DNA from: an uncultured Methylophilaceae bacterium
Lineage (GTDB): Bacteria; Pseudomonadota; Gammaproteobacteria; Burkholderiales; Methylophilaceae
Reading direction: 5' to 3'
Length of the DNA stretch: 64,000 nucleotides
Assembly (NCBI GenBank): GCA_964484105.1
Contig: CAZAEN010000007.1
Coordinates: 99,599-163,598, forward strand
A program made the translations under genes and the position numbers. The notes beneath the pieces are model-generated. The model was not told the origin of the DNA and searched no databases. It saw only the letters and a program-made list of their open reading frames with translations. Of the stretch, positions 38,809-48,942 are shown piece by piece (the first letter of the stretch is position 1; the number at the start of each line of letters is the position of its first letter).

Positions 38809-40011
38809 ATGACACCACTACCTTCCCCTTCGTTCGAGGCGCAAGCACATAGTGCGCAACTCGTCGCAAAAATTAAGCAGGCAATTGGGCAAAACAATGG
38901 CTGGATAAGCATTGCCGATTTCATGCAGATGGCGCTTTACACACCAGAATTTGGGTATTACGCAGGCGGGTTGGATAAATTTGGCGAAGGCGGAGATTTT
39001 GTCACCGCACCAGAAATTTCTGCATTATTTGGGCAAGCGTTGGCGAATCAAATGGCTGAAATTTTGCCGCAAATGGGCTGCAATATGTTGGAATTAGGCG
39101 CAGGCTCAGGAAAACTTGCGCAAGATATTTTATTGCGATTAGCCGAGTTGTCGCTATACCCCAACTATTCTATATTGGAAGTAAGTAGCCACTTACGTGC
39201 GGTGCAGCAGGAAAAATTAAAGCAACATTTACCCGCCGAAATTTTTAATCGCGTGGTTTGGTTGGATACACTGCCTGAAAATTTTTCTGGAGTGATTTTG
39301 GCAAATGAGGTGTTGGACGCTTTACCTGTGCATATTGTGCGTCAAGAAGAACATCGTATTTTTGAACGAGGCATTGCCGAAAAAAAAGGCGAACTCATTT
39401 GGCAAGAAAAGACGTTAGCCTCGTTGAATCCTTCTCGAGATTTTGTCGAAGCACCAGATTTGACAGCGCTAGAAAAACAACTGCTCGCACAAGTGCAGCA
39501 ACAACCGTTACCCATCGGCATGGTGACAGAATTTTGCCCAGCCGCGACAGGGTTGATGCAAAGCTTGTCGCAAAGCCTGCAACAAGGGGCGGTATTGTTG
39601 ATTGATTATGGCTTTTCAGCGCGCGAATATTACCACCCACAGCGTGGCCAAGGCACGCTGATGTGCCATTACAGGCATTACGCACACGATGATCCGTTGA
39701 AATTTATCGGTTTGCAAGACATCACCGCGCATGTCAATTTTACGCAAATTGCAGAGGCGAGCGTGGCGAGTGGGCTCACTTTTGCAGGCTTTACCACGCA
39801 AGCACAATTTTTGTTGAATTGTGGCATGCTGGATTTAATGCAGACAATTTCCCCCGACAATGTACGTGAATACGCGCCGATGGCAGCGGCAGTGCAAAAG
39901 TTACTCTCTCCCGCTGAAATGGGCGATCTTTTCAAAGTGATTGGGTTTACTAAAAATTTAGATGCAACTTTAATTGGCTTTGCGCGTGGCGATAAGGCGC
40001 ATACTTTATAA
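38809..40011 (+). CDS. SAM-dependent methyltransferase, MidA/NDUFAF7 family
   Basis: GDFVTAPEISALFG, ELGAGSG, ANEVLDALP, IDYG, QDITAHVNF, EMGDLFKV. Confidence 0.9.
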   Translation: MTPLPSPSFEAQAHSAQLVAKIKQAIGQNNGWISIADFMQMALYTPEFGYYAGGLDKFGEGGDFVTAPEISALFGQALANQMAEILPQMGCNMLELGAGSGKLAQDILLRLAELSLYPNYSILEVSSHLRAVQQEKLKQHLPAEIFNRVVWLDTLPENFSGVILANEVLDALPVHIVRQEEHRIFERGIAEKKGELIWQEKTLASLNPSRDFVEAPDLTALEKQLLAQVQQQPLPIGMVTEFCPAATGLMQSLSQSLQQGAVLLIDYGFSAREYYHPQRGQGTLMCHYRHYAHDDPLKFIGLQDITAHVNFTQIAEASVASGLTFAGFTTQAQFLLNCGMLDLMQTISPDNVREYAPMAAAVQKLLSPAEMGDLFKVIGFTKNLDATLIGFARGDKAHTL

Positions 40012-40041
40012 TCCAGCCTTTATTTTTAAAAAAGATTACGC

Positions 40042-40773
40042 ATGACTGAGTTAGATAAAAAACCTGCACAAGTTGAGGGTGCAGAAGATGTTGATGAATT
40101 AAGAAAACGCAAAATCCGCAGCTTTGTGTTGCGCCAAGGCCGCATGACCAAAGCTCAGGAGCGTGCTTTGGAAGATGGCTTCCCTAAATTTGGCATACCT
40201 TATATGCCAAATTTACTCAATTTAACGCAAGTGTTTGGGCGCGAAAGCGCGCCTAAAATTTTAGAAATCGGCTTTGGCATGGGCGACGCGACAGCAAAAA
40301 TTGCTCATACTTTGCCAGATTCAGATTTTTTAGCGGTAGAAGTCCACACGCCTGGCGTGGGCAGTTTATATAAATGGATGGAAGAGCTCGCGCTCACCAA
40401 TATTCGGATTATTCAGCACGACGCTGTCGAAGTGCTGCAAAACATGATTGCGGATGGTAGCTTGGATGGTGTGCATATTTTCTTCCCCGACCCGTGGCAT
40501 AAAAAACGCCACCACAAACGCCGCTTGATTCAAGCAGAGTTTGTAAAGCTGCTTTGCCAAAAATTGAAAGTAGGCGCTTACATTCATGTGGCAACGGATT
40601 GGCAAGAATACGCCGAATGGGTGTTGGAAGTGTTAAATGCTGAGCCGCAACTTAAAAATACCGCTGAAGATTATGCGGAAAAACCGTATTACCGACCGCT
40701 GACAAAATTTGAAAATCGAGGCCTAAAATTAGGGCATGGGGTTTGGGATTTGGTGTTTACACAGACTCTGTGA
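40042..40773 (+). CDS. trmB: tRNA (guanine-N7)-methyltransferase
   Basis: [41 protein letters not shown]. Confidence 0.96.
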   Translation: MTELDKKPAQVEGAEDVDELRKRKIRSFVLRQGRMTKAQERALEDGFPKFGIPYMPNLLNLTQVFGRESAPKILEIGFGMGDATAKIAHTLPDSDFLAVEVHTPGVGSLYKWMEELALTNIRIIQHDAVEVLQNMIADGSLDGVHIFFPDPWHKKRHHKRRLIQAEFVKLLCQKLKVGAYIHVATDWQEYAEWVLEVLNAEPQLKNTAEDYAEKPYYRPLTKFENRGLKLGHGVWDLVFTQTL

Positions 40774-40812
40774 AAATTGAAATTAGTTTGTAGAGAGAAC
40801 TAAATTTACATT

Positions 40813-41328
40813 ATGAAAAATGTTATGAACAAATTTGCATGGTGTTTCGTAATCGTTATGAGCTTTCAACAGATAGGCTGTGCGTATTTTAGTCAGTATA
40901 GAAAGTTACCCATTTCCGAAGTAGTTGATATTTCTAAACAGTCAAAAAAAGAAATTTTCTTTAGTGTTAGTTCCGCTGAAAACTATGCGTTCAGTCTTAG
41001 ATTTAAAAATAATATTGATGAGCGTGAAAAATTATATAAACTTTTGGTTGGCAAAGACGCTTACGGTCGTGAAACGAATGGAGAGAAAACGCCAATTGGA
41101 ATTGATGTATATAAATTGGAAAATGGTGAGCGACTGCTTAAATCTATTGGTGGTGGAGACTCATTCCCCAAATACGCTACTGGAGGCGGATATTGGGAGA
41201 AATTGATCTATACAGATTACTTGTTTGCTGGTAATTATGTCGCTGTTGTTGAGTCAAAAATTGGCAATCCAAAATTTAAAGATTTCGAAGTTGAGCTACA
41301 TATAGGACGAGCTCACAGGCCTAAGTAA
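40813..41328 (+). CDS. AT-rich hypothetical lipoprotein, DUF5625-like
   Basis: Signal peptide with IG-C lipobox-like site; NYAFSLRF and GNYVAVVES..NPKF pattern resembles DUF5625 (recognised from memory). Confidence 0.55.
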   Translation: MKNVMNKFAWCFVIVMSFQQIGCAYFSQYRKLPISEVVDISKQSKKEIFFSVSSAENYAFSLRFKNNIDEREKLYKLLVGKDAYGRETNGEKTPIGIDVYKLENGERLLKSIGGGDSFPKYATGGGYWEKLIYTDYLFAGNYVAVVESKIGNPKFKDFEVELHIGRAHRPK

Positions 41329-41357
41329 AAAAATTATGAAAACAAGATAATCTTATT

Positions 41358-41954
41358 TTAGAGGTACAACCACTTCCCAATCGCCGTTTCCGCTTCTTCC
41401 ACCCCTAATTTTTTTAAGCTCGAAAATAATTGCGCGGTGATATTTTCACCCCAGCCTTCATTGAGTTCTTTGCGCACTTTATTAAGTGTGAGTGTGGACT
41501 CGCTACGCGAGAGTTTGTCTGATTTGGTCAACAGCACATGCACAGGCTTGCCGCTGGGGCAGAACCAATCGAGCATTTGTCTATCCAATTGCGTGAGCGG
41601 GTGGCGGCTATCCATCACCAGCACTAATCCGCCCAAGCTTGTGCGCTCACTTAAATAGCGTGAAAGCACGTTTTGCCAGTGCGCGCGCATGGCTTCCGGC
41701 ACTTTAGCGTAGCCATAACCGGGTAAATCGACCAAAAATTTGTCATCGCCCAAGCTGAAAAAGTTGATTAGCTGCGTACGGCCGGGTTGTTTTGAAACAA
41801 AGGCCAAACGGTTGTGGTTGGCGAGCGTGTTGAGCGCACTGGATTTGCCAGCATTCGAGCGGCCAGCAAAGGCGATTTCAACGCCAGTTGCCGGCGGTAA
41901 ATCGCGCAAGTGGTGGGCGGATATATAAAAAGCGGCGTTTTGAAAAAGCGGCAT
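41358..41954 (-). CDS. engB: Ribosome biogenesis GTPase YihA/EngB
   Basis: [32 protein letters not shown]; start taken at ATG 41954. Confidence 0.95.
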   Translation of the reverse strand: MPLFQNAAFYISAHHLRDLPPATGVEIAFAGRSNAGKSSALNTLANHNRLAFVSKQPGRTQLINFFSLGDDKFLVDLPGYGYAKVPEAMRAHWQNVLSRYLSERTSLGGLVLVMDSRHPLTQLDRQMLDWFCPSGKPVHVLLTKSDKLSRSESTLTLNKVRKELNEGWGENITAQLFSSLKKLGVEEAETAIGKWLYL

Positions 41955-42203
41955 GTAGGGGCGTTCTCGGCTGTTTGTTAGGGTAAATGTGGATGAATGC
42001 GCGTTATTTAGCTGTTTTATCAAGGTTTAGCGAGAGTGTTCACATGCTATAGTTTCTTGATATAGGTTAAAGACGCGATGAAAAATGCTATCACGAATAG
42101 GGCTTTTTAGCTAAAATAGCGCGAAAATCAAGACGGTAACGTTAGAATTTAATCAATCATCGCAATCGATCGAACAAAATTTCAAATCATTCTGGGAGCG
42201 GCA

Positions 42204-42860
42204 ATGCAACTCAACCAATTAACAACATCTGTGGCGCACAAAGTTTCAGCCCCTTGGCTCGTGCTAGGCTTGGCGATGGCAGTTTTTTCTGGTCAAGCGT
42301 TTTCAGCTGATGAAGCGGCAGCGACAGAGAAAAGAACGGCAGACCAAATTGTGAACACCGTTTGTGCGGCTTGTCACGGGGTAGATGGCAATAGCGCCAT
42401 TTCATTAAACCCAAAATTAGCCGGTCAACATCCTGAATATTTGGAAAAACAATTAACAGAATTTAAATCCGGCAAACGTGCAAACGCCGTGATGTCTGGC
42501 ATGGCGGCGATGTTAAGTGATGAAGAAATGAAAACTGTGGCTGCTTATTTTTCAGCTAAAGCACCAACATTGGGCGCTGCGAAAGAAAATGGCAAAGGTT
42601 CCTTGGGCGAAAAAATTTATCGTGGCGGTATTGCGAAAACTAACGTGCCAGCGTGTGCATCTTGTCACGGCCCAAACGGCGCAGGTTTGCCAAAACAATT
42701 TCCACGTTTAGCTGGCCAGCATGCTGATTATACCTTGGCGCAGATGAAAACTTTCCGCACAGGTGAGCGTGCCAATGCGCCGATGATGATGGCGATTGCA
42801 ACTAAAATGACCGATGCTGAAATGGCGGCAGTATCTGATTACATTCAAGGCTTACGTTAA
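42204..42860 (+). CDS. Diheme cytochrome c4
   Basis: Signal peptide, two CxxCH motifs (CAACH, CASCH), PKLAGQH and PRLAGQH. Confidence 0.93.
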   Translation: MQLNQLTTSVAHKVSAPWLVLGLAMAVFSGQAFSADEAAATEKRTADQIVNTVCAACHGVDGNSAISLNPKLAGQHPEYLEKQLTEFKSGKRANAVMSGMAAMLSDEEMKTVAAYFSAKAPTLGAAKENGKGSLGEKIYRGGIAKTNVPACASCHGPNGAGLPKQFPRLAGQHADYTLAQMKTFRTGERANAPMMMAIATKMTDAEMAAVSDYIQGLR

Positions 42861-42882
42861 TTTTTAGGTGATTAGTTTCATG

Positions 42883-42912
42883 AAAAAGGGTGGCTTTGTG
42901 CTGCCCTTTTTT
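42883..42912 (+). terminator. Rho-independent terminator after cytochrome c4
   Basis: aaaaagggtggc-tttgt-gctgccctttttt. Confidence 0.75.
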
Positions 42913-43028
42913 ATTGCTAAATTGCGCGTTGAATGTTCATTTTGTGCGTTATTTGTTTGACAAAAATTAAAAACTGAACTTGATCAAAACATTTATAATC
43001 TCACGGTTTATTTTCTAGTCTGATTATC

Positions 43029-44993
43029 TTGAATCCTAAAAAATCATTTGCAGCGAATTTTCTCGACTTATTAAGCTCCATGCGCTTTGCCGTGAGCTTA
43101 CTGAGCGTCATCGGTATTGCCAGCATCATTGGCACGGTGCTCAAACAAAACGAGCCGTATGCCAATTACATCATTAAATTTGGCCAATTTTGGTTTGGTT
43201 TTTTTGAAATGATTGGGCTTTACGATGTGTATCACAGCAGCTGGTTTTTGCTGATTTTGTTGTTTTTGGTGATTTCAACCAGCTTGTGCGTGTACCGCAA
43301 TAGTCCTGTGATGATCAAAGAATGGCGCGCATTTAAAGAGCATGCGTCAGAAAAATCATTACGTTTGTTTAGTCACCACGCAGAATTTACATCGAACGCT
43401 GACGCGCAAGTCAGGAAAGAAAAACTACTGCAATTTTTAAACGAGCGTAAATTTCAATACAAAATCATTCCGCAGATTGATGGCGCAGAGTTGATTGCTG
43501 CCAAGCACGGTACGCATCAACGCTTGGGCTATATTTTGACGCATACGGCGATTGTGATTATTTGTTTTGGCGGCCTGTTAGATGGTAATTTAATTTTCAA
43601 AGTCCAAGAATTGTTGGCCTACAAAAAAGTGGAAACCTTGGATATTCCAGCTTCAAAAGTGCCTGAAATCAGCCGCTTAAGTATTTTTAACCCGTCTTTT
43701 CGTGCCAACATGACGCTACCGGAAGGCACGAGCGATCATGTGGCATTTGTGCGCATTCGCGATGGGTATTTGGTACAGGAATTGCCGTTTACCGTCGGTT
43801 TAAAAGATTTTCGCATTGAGCATTATGCAACAGGTCAGCCAAAATCGTTTGAGAGCGATATTGTGATTCAAGACCCTGAATTAAAGGCGCCGATTGAAAA
43901 AACAATTACCGTCAATCACCCGTTTATTTACAAGGGTGTTGCTATTTATCAATCGGATTTTCAGGACGGCGGAACAAAACTCCATTTTAATTTGTGGAAC
44001 TTTTTTAGCAAAAACGTGGCATCGCAAGCTGTTGATGGTGTGGTTTTCCAAAAGGGTGCGCTGGGCGAAGGCGACCAAGCGCTGAAAGTCGAGTTTGACG
44101 GCTTTAGAAAATTCAACATTATTAATTTGTCGCCAGATGGCAAAGGCAAACCACAAAACGTTGGGCCGAATGTCACTTATAAGCTGCGCAACACGCAAGG
44201 CCAAGCGGTGGAATATGTAACTTATATGAATCCTTTGCGTATTGAAGGTCGTCATTATTTTATTTCTGGGATGCGCGAAACGGTGCAAGAAGATTTCCGC
44301 TATTTGCGCATTCCGGTAGATGCTGACGCTGGCATGGAAGGTTTTATGGCTTTTCGTGCTGTGATGTTGGATGAAAATCAATATGAAGAAATTGCACACC
44401 GTTTGGCGAAATATGCGATTGAACAAAATAGCGATGTAAACGTGCAACAAGCGTTCATTTTGAGCGTCAAACAGTTGATGAAAAATTTTGCTACGGGCGG
44501 TTACACCAAAGTGGCGGAAATCATAGAGCAAAAAGTGCCAGAAAATCAGCGAGAAATGGCCGCGCAAACCTATATTAAAATGATTAATCTAGCGGCATTT
44601 GAAGCTTATAATCTGGGACAGGAAAAAAACAAACAGACGAGACTAGAAAAAAACACAGAAAGCGAAATATTGATTAAAGAAAATTTGAATGCGTTTAGCG
44701 ATATGTTTTTTTACGGCTCGCCCTATTATTTTCAGCTGAAAAATTATGACTTAAAAGAGGCGAGTGGGTTACAGTTAACACGTTCTCCCGGGCAAAAATG
44801 GGTGTATTTAGGTTCGTGTTTGTTGGTGTTAGGCATTTTTGCCATGATGTATATTCGCGAAAGACGGTTGTGGTTGTTAGTTAAGTCCACGCAAAATACG
44901 GTATTGTTTGCAATGTCGTCTAACCGCAAAGATTTAGACTTCGATAAAGAGTTTCAGCAATATCGTGAAGCTTTGCACAGCACATTGCAGTAA
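43029..44993 (+). CDS. resB: Cytochrome c biogenesis protein ResB/Ccs1 (system II)
   Basis: LSSMRFAVSLL, GYILTH, ITVNHP, SGLQLTRSPG. Confidence 0.92.
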   Translation: MNPKKSFAANFLDLLSSMRFAVSLLSVIGIASIIGTVLKQNEPYANYIIKFGQFWFGFFEMIGLYDVYHSSWFLLILLFLVISTSLCVYRNSPVMIKEWRAFKEHASEKSLRLFSHHAEFTSNADAQVRKEKLLQFLNERKFQYKIIPQIDGAELIAAKHGTHQRLGYILTHTAIVIICFGGLLDGNLIFKVQELLAYKKVETLDIPASKVPEISRLSIFNPSFRANMTLPEGTSDHVAFVRIRDGYLVQELPFTVGLKDFRIEHYATGQPKSFESDIVIQDPELKAPIEKTITVNHPFIYKGVAIYQSDFQDGGTKLHFNLWNFFSKNVASQAVDGVVFQKGALGEGDQALKVEFDGFRKFNIINLSPDGKGKPQNVGPNVTYKLRNTQGQAVEYVTYMNPLRIEGRHYFISGMRETVQEDFRYLRIPVDADAGMEGFMAFRAVMLDENQYEEIAHRLAKYAIEQNSDVNVQQAFILSVKQLMKNFATGGYTKVAEIIEQKVPENQREMAAQTYIKMINLAAFEAYNLGQEKNKQTRLEKNTESEILIKENLNAFSDMFFYGSPYYFQLKNYDLKEASGLQLTRSPGQKWVYLGSCLLVLGIFAMMYIRERRLWLLVKSTQNTVLFAMSSNRKDLDFDKEFQQYREALHSTLQ

Positions 44994-45005
44994 AGGAACA
45001 AGAGG

Positions 45006-46151
45006 ATGAAAGCAGATCATTATTTCGGCCAACCCCAAAATTTTTGGCAGCGTTTGACTTGGCAAGATGTTGGCTATGGCTTGATTTTATTAGTCGGCAG
45101 CGTATTTGCCTTACAAAAATATAGCCAGTTTATGGATGCTTATGAGGTGTTCTTTTTATTTGGCGCGGTGGCATTGTTTAGTTATTTGGGCTGGCAGTGG
45201 TCTGCGCTGGCAAAGTTGGTACTAGGTGTTGGGGTGCTGAGCTTATTTGCCGTGAATTTATATCAGGGTGATTTAGCGCGTGGCGGGCAAAATTTCTTAC
45301 TCAAGTTTTTAATTGCCAGCCAATCTGCAGTGATGTGGATGAACGTGTTATTCGTGCTGGCGATGCTGGCCTACTGGCTCGCATTCTTTAAACATTCCGC
45401 ATTTGTTGGCAAAGTTGCGACTGCGCTGACTTGGGCAGCGACTTTGTTTGGCTTTGTTGGCCTCATGGTGCGTTGGTACGAGTCTTATTTAATTTCGCCA
45501 GATGTCGGCCATATTCCGGTCAGTAATTTGTACGAAGTATTTATTTTGTTTTGCTTGATTACGGCGTTACTTTATTTACATTACGAAAAAATATTTAAAA
45601 CCAAGCAGTTAGGTGGTTTTGTTCTATTGGTGATTAACGCTGCGGTGGGTTTTATCTTGTGGTACACCTTTGATCGCCAAGCGCATCAAATTCAACCTTT
45701 GGTGCCGGCCTTGCAAAGCTATTGGATGAAAATTCATGTGCCGGCAAATTTTGTAGGCTATGGCGCGTTTTCATTGGCAGCGATGGTGGCGAGTGCTTAC
45801 TTACTCGCGAATAAAGGTATTTTTGCAAAAAACTTACCTGCATTAGCGGTGTTAGACGATGTGATGTACAAATCCATCGCTGTTGGGTTTGCCTTTTTCA
45901 CCATCGCCACAATTTTGGGCGCGATGTGGGCGGCAGAAGCCTGGGGTGGTTACTGGAGTTGGGACCCTAAGGAAACTTGGGCGCTGATCGTATGGCTTAA
46001 TTATGCCGCTTGGTTGCATTTGCGCTTGGTGAAAGGTTTACGCGGGCCGATATTGGCATGGTGGGCGCTGATTGGTTTATTAGTCACAACGTTCGCCTTT
46101 TTGGGTGTGAATATGTTTTTAAGCGGTTTACATTCTTATGGTGAGTTGTAG
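45006..46151 (+). CDS. resC: Cytochrome c biogenesis protein ResC/CcsA (system II)
   Basis: WAAEAWGGYWSWDPKETW (WWD domain), LQSYWMKIHV, GLHSYG. Confidence 0.95.
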   Translation: MKADHYFGQPQNFWQRLTWQDVGYGLILLVGSVFALQKYSQFMDAYEVFFLFGAVALFSYLGWQWSALAKLVLGVGVLSLFAVNLYQGDLARGGQNFLLKFLIASQSAVMWMNVLFVLAMLAYWLAFFKHSAFVGKVATALTWAATLFGFVGLMVRWYESYLISPDVGHIPVSNLYEVFILFCLITALLYLHYEKIFKTKQLGGFVLLVINAAVGFILWYTFDRQAHQIQPLVPALQSYWMKIHVPANFVGYGAFSLAAMVASAYLLANKGIFAKNLPALAVLDDVMYKSIAVGFAFFTIATILGAMWAAEAWGGYWSWDPKETWALIVWLNYAAWLHLRLVKGLRGPILAWWALIGLLVTTFAFLGVNMFLSGLHSYGEL

Positions 46152-46168
46152 AAGGTGACATAATTGAT

Positions 46169-46198
46169 AAAGGGAGTTCAATTTTGAACTCCCTTTTT
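46169..46198. terminator. Bidirectional terminator between resC and the histidine kinase
   Basis: aaagggagttcaa-tt-ttgaactcccttttt. Confidence 0.85.
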
Positions 46199-46200
46199 AT

Positions 46201-47934
46201 TTAGTCAGAAAATGTGTCGTTCACGATTTCCAACCTAAACGTCACACGACCTTGTTGATTTTTCTCAAGGCTGAGTCGATAACCAGATTGCTCTGCCTGC
46301 TGCGCAGCATGATAAAGGCCAACTCCTAAGCCGGTGGCAGAATTAATATGCGCTTTAAACAATCGGTCTGCAATTTCTTTTGGAATGCTGGAGCCGGTAT
46401 CGGTGACATCCAAGCAGAAATGCTCCATCGCGTGTAATTTGACGTGAATATTTAAGCTAGGCTCACGCTTAGCCTTTTCTAAAGCGTTTTGCAGCAAGTT
46501 ATCCACCACGCTTTCGACTACTTCAAGCTCAAGGCTGGAATTCGGGAATTTGGTGGGGGACTCAAAATGCACTTGAGGATGCACATTCAGCTGTTTATAA
46601 CTTTTCCACCAGTTTGTCACTTTTGCCTGCGTTTTTTTCTCAACACTGGGCCGCTCTAGCTTGCTTAAAGTGACCGCTAGACGTTGGTTTAAGCGCGGAA
46701 GCTGTTGTTTAACCAAGGTTAATAATCTTGCATCATCGCTTTCGTCAACGACTTGCTGGCTTGCTGCGGTAAGTGTACCGAGCGACTGCAAGATATTTTT
46801 AATGTCGTGTGTAAGCCGCGAGCCAGTTTCATAAAACGTTTGCATATAAGTGGTTTGCGAAATGGTTTCTTCGCGACGTTTGGCTTCGTAAAACTCACCC
46901 AAAATTTGCGTGAGCAATTGCACGTGTAAATACATCGAAGGGCTGAATTGCCAACGCGAATAAACCGTGAGGTGAAGCTCGGCAAAGGTAAATGTAGAAA
47001 TATGCGGAGAAGTTTCGTTCAATTTGTGGGCTTGATTTTTCACTTGCCAAGTAAGGCCTTTGACCCAATTGAGTGCTGCTAGCTCGCGCATGGCTGCCTC
47101 TAAAAATTGGTCAGCATTACCTGTGTGTTCAGCGTGGTGCGCGATTTGGCGTATCCATTGTTCAAAAGGTAAACCCAAGCTCAGGAGGTAACGTGACATG
47201 AGTAACTCAAGGCCAGAAAAAGTTGCGCTGGGATTCCAAAGCCAACTCAAGGCGACCAGTGTGGCGGCTACACCAAGCACGGCAAAAATTAATAGTTCAA
47301 TATAATGGACGCGCCAGATGACGCCAATGGCGTAACTGCCTAGAATCACGATAATGGTGATTAAGAAAATGAGTAAGGTATAGAAAAAATCAATATTGGC
47401 GCTAGAGGCATCGGATTGCGCACTGACTGAAATGAATAAAATAATCAGCGGTAAAATTGGCAAAAAGTAGAGCAACAAAAATTCAGCCGCGGCTAAATCG
47501 TCAGTGGCGTGCAGCAATTTAGGAACTACCCACAGCAGCAAAATGGCCAACAAGTAAGTGGCGGCTAAAATGTTGGGTAGGCGGGAGCGTGTATTTTCGT
47601 TAGATAAAATGCGCCCGCCGATCAAGGCAAATAAGCTGGCAATCCAAAAAGCGACTACCCACCAGCTCATGAAAAACCAGATAAATATAAGGCCTAATGC
47701 TGCACCAAAAACAATCAAGGTGGCGGTTTGCCAGCTTAATTTAAACCATTGTGCGGAGGTTCTTAGTACCGGTTGCCATAGTAAAAATAATGCGTAATGG
47801 ATTAAAAAAAGTGCCACATTGACGCCAGTGACGTTTCCCCAAATTAGCAAGGCGTGAAGAGATAGAATCATCAAGGCCATGAGCCGGTCAGAAACATCAA
47901 TAAAATGATGGTAAATTTTTATAAAATTAGACAT
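46201..47934 (-). CDS. Multi-TM sensor histidine kinase (orphan)
   Basis: Hydrophobic N-terminal half; THDIKN H-box, DNLLQNA N-box, DTG and GLGVGL G-boxes; start taken at ATG 47934. Confidence 0.8.
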   Translation of the reverse strand: MSNFIKIYHHFIDVSDRLMALMILSLHALLIWGNVTGVNVALFLIHYALFLLWQPVLRTSAQWFKLSWQTATLIVFGAALGLIFIWFFMSWWVVAFWIASLFALIGGRILSNENTRSRLPNILAATYLLAILLLWVVPKLLHATDDLAAAEFLLLYFLPILPLIILFISVSAQSDASSANIDFFYTLLIFLITIIVILGSYAIGVIWRVHYIELLIFAVLGVAATLVALSWLWNPSATFSGLELLMSRYLLSLGLPFEQWIRQIAHHAEHTGNADQFLEAAMRELAALNWVKGLTWQVKNQAHKLNETSPHISTFTFAELHLTVYSRWQFSPSMYLHVQLLTQILGEFYEAKRREETISQTTYMQTFYETGSRLTHDIKNILQSLGTLTAASQQVVDESDDARLLTLVKQQLPRLNQRLAVTLSKLERPSVEKKTQAKVTNWWKSYKQLNVHPQVHFESPTKFPNSSLELEVVESVVDNLLQNALEKAKREPSLNIHVKLHAMEHFCLDVTDTGSSIPKEIADRLFKAHINSATGLGVGLYHAAQQAEQSGYRLSLEKNQQGRVTFRLEIVNDTFSD

Positions 47935-48146
47935 GAAAGTTAATCTGGCAACAGTGTATTGACTATGACGGCTCACCTCGTTAATGTATTATTAGCTTGC
48001 AGTTACCGCAATTACTTTATGTAGTACTTGATATTGTGATGCGTTATAAGTTTTGATGCAGTGTAAACGCTTTTATCTGCATAATAAATGAGTCAGCACG
48101 AATCAAACTCGCATTAGCGAAAACAATAAATCACTCGGGGGTTGAA

Positions 48147-48806
48147 ATGAGAAAGCAACAGCAGGGTTTTACTTTGATTGAGTTGGCTATTGTGCTGGTC
48201 ATCATCGGTCTGTTGTTGGGTGGCGTCTTAAAGGGGCAGGATTTAATCACCGGCGCAAAAGCCAAAAATATGATTGCCGATTTTAAAAATGCCCAAATTT
48301 TTATTTATGCCTACCAAGACCGCTACCGTGCACTGCCAGGCGATGATCCAGGCGTGGTAGCGCATGTGCAAGGGGCGACTTTAGCTACCACACCTGCAAG
48401 CTCTCAGGGTAATGGACGGATTGAAGGACAGTGGGATTCAACCACGGTTAGTGATGAATCGGCCTTGTTTTGGCAGCATGTTCGTTTGGCTGGATTGGCA
48501 TCTGGGCCTACAGCCACAGGAAGTGTAGATTTTTTTCCTAAAAATGCTGAGTCAGGACGTATTGGTGTGCAGTCTGCCGGTGCTGGGTTTGATGAAATTA
48601 CCGGAATGACTGGCACTTACGCAGTTTGTTCTGCGAATATTTCAGGAAAAATTGCCAAGCAAATTGATATTAGCTTGGATGATGGTGATACGAGCGCTGG
48701 TAGCGTGAGGGCAATAGGTACAGGAACCGCAGGCGCTAGTACAACCGCTATTACTACTGCTACGATCATCGACGCTTCTCCTTACACTGTGTGCATGACC
48801 TTCTAA
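48147..48806 (+). CDS. Prepilin-type N-terminal cleavage/methylation protein (type IV pilin or pseudopilin)
   Basis: MRKQQQG-FTLIELAIVLVIIGLLLGG class III signal with Glu5; two Cys in the C-terminal region. Confidence 0.88.
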   Translation: MRKQQQGFTLIELAIVLVIIGLLLGGVLKGQDLITGAKAKNMIADFKNAQIFIYAYQDRYRALPGDDPGVVAHVQGATLATTPASSQGNGRIEGQWDSTTVSDESALFWQHVRLAGLASGPTATGSVDFFPKNAESGRIGVQSAGAGFDEITGMTGTYAVCSANISGKIAKQIDISLDDGDTSAGSVRAIGTGTAGASTTAITTATIIDASPYTVCMTF

Positions 48807-48942
48807 ATCGACTGGTAAACGCCGTTTTACCGCTTTATCCATTTGTGTTTATTGACTAAATGAAGTCTGCGCAAAGATTGTTACTTGCTTAGCACGCAAT
48901 TTGTTTTAAAATACGCTGCTCAAAACATTATCCCAATCCACT

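Noticed and set aside
38754-38924. N-terminal extension of the folM ORF in the track
   Set aside because: Overlaps the divergent methyltransferase; GTG at 38753 with an agga RBS gives a normal-length SDR
43881-44567. 228-aa antisense ORF within resB
   Set aside because: Shadow ORF with no recognisable domain or RBS
47977-48146. c-di-GMP-I riboswitch upstream of the prepilin
   Set aside because: A caaac-like seed is present, but the GNRA tetraloop, receptor and P3 consensus are missing
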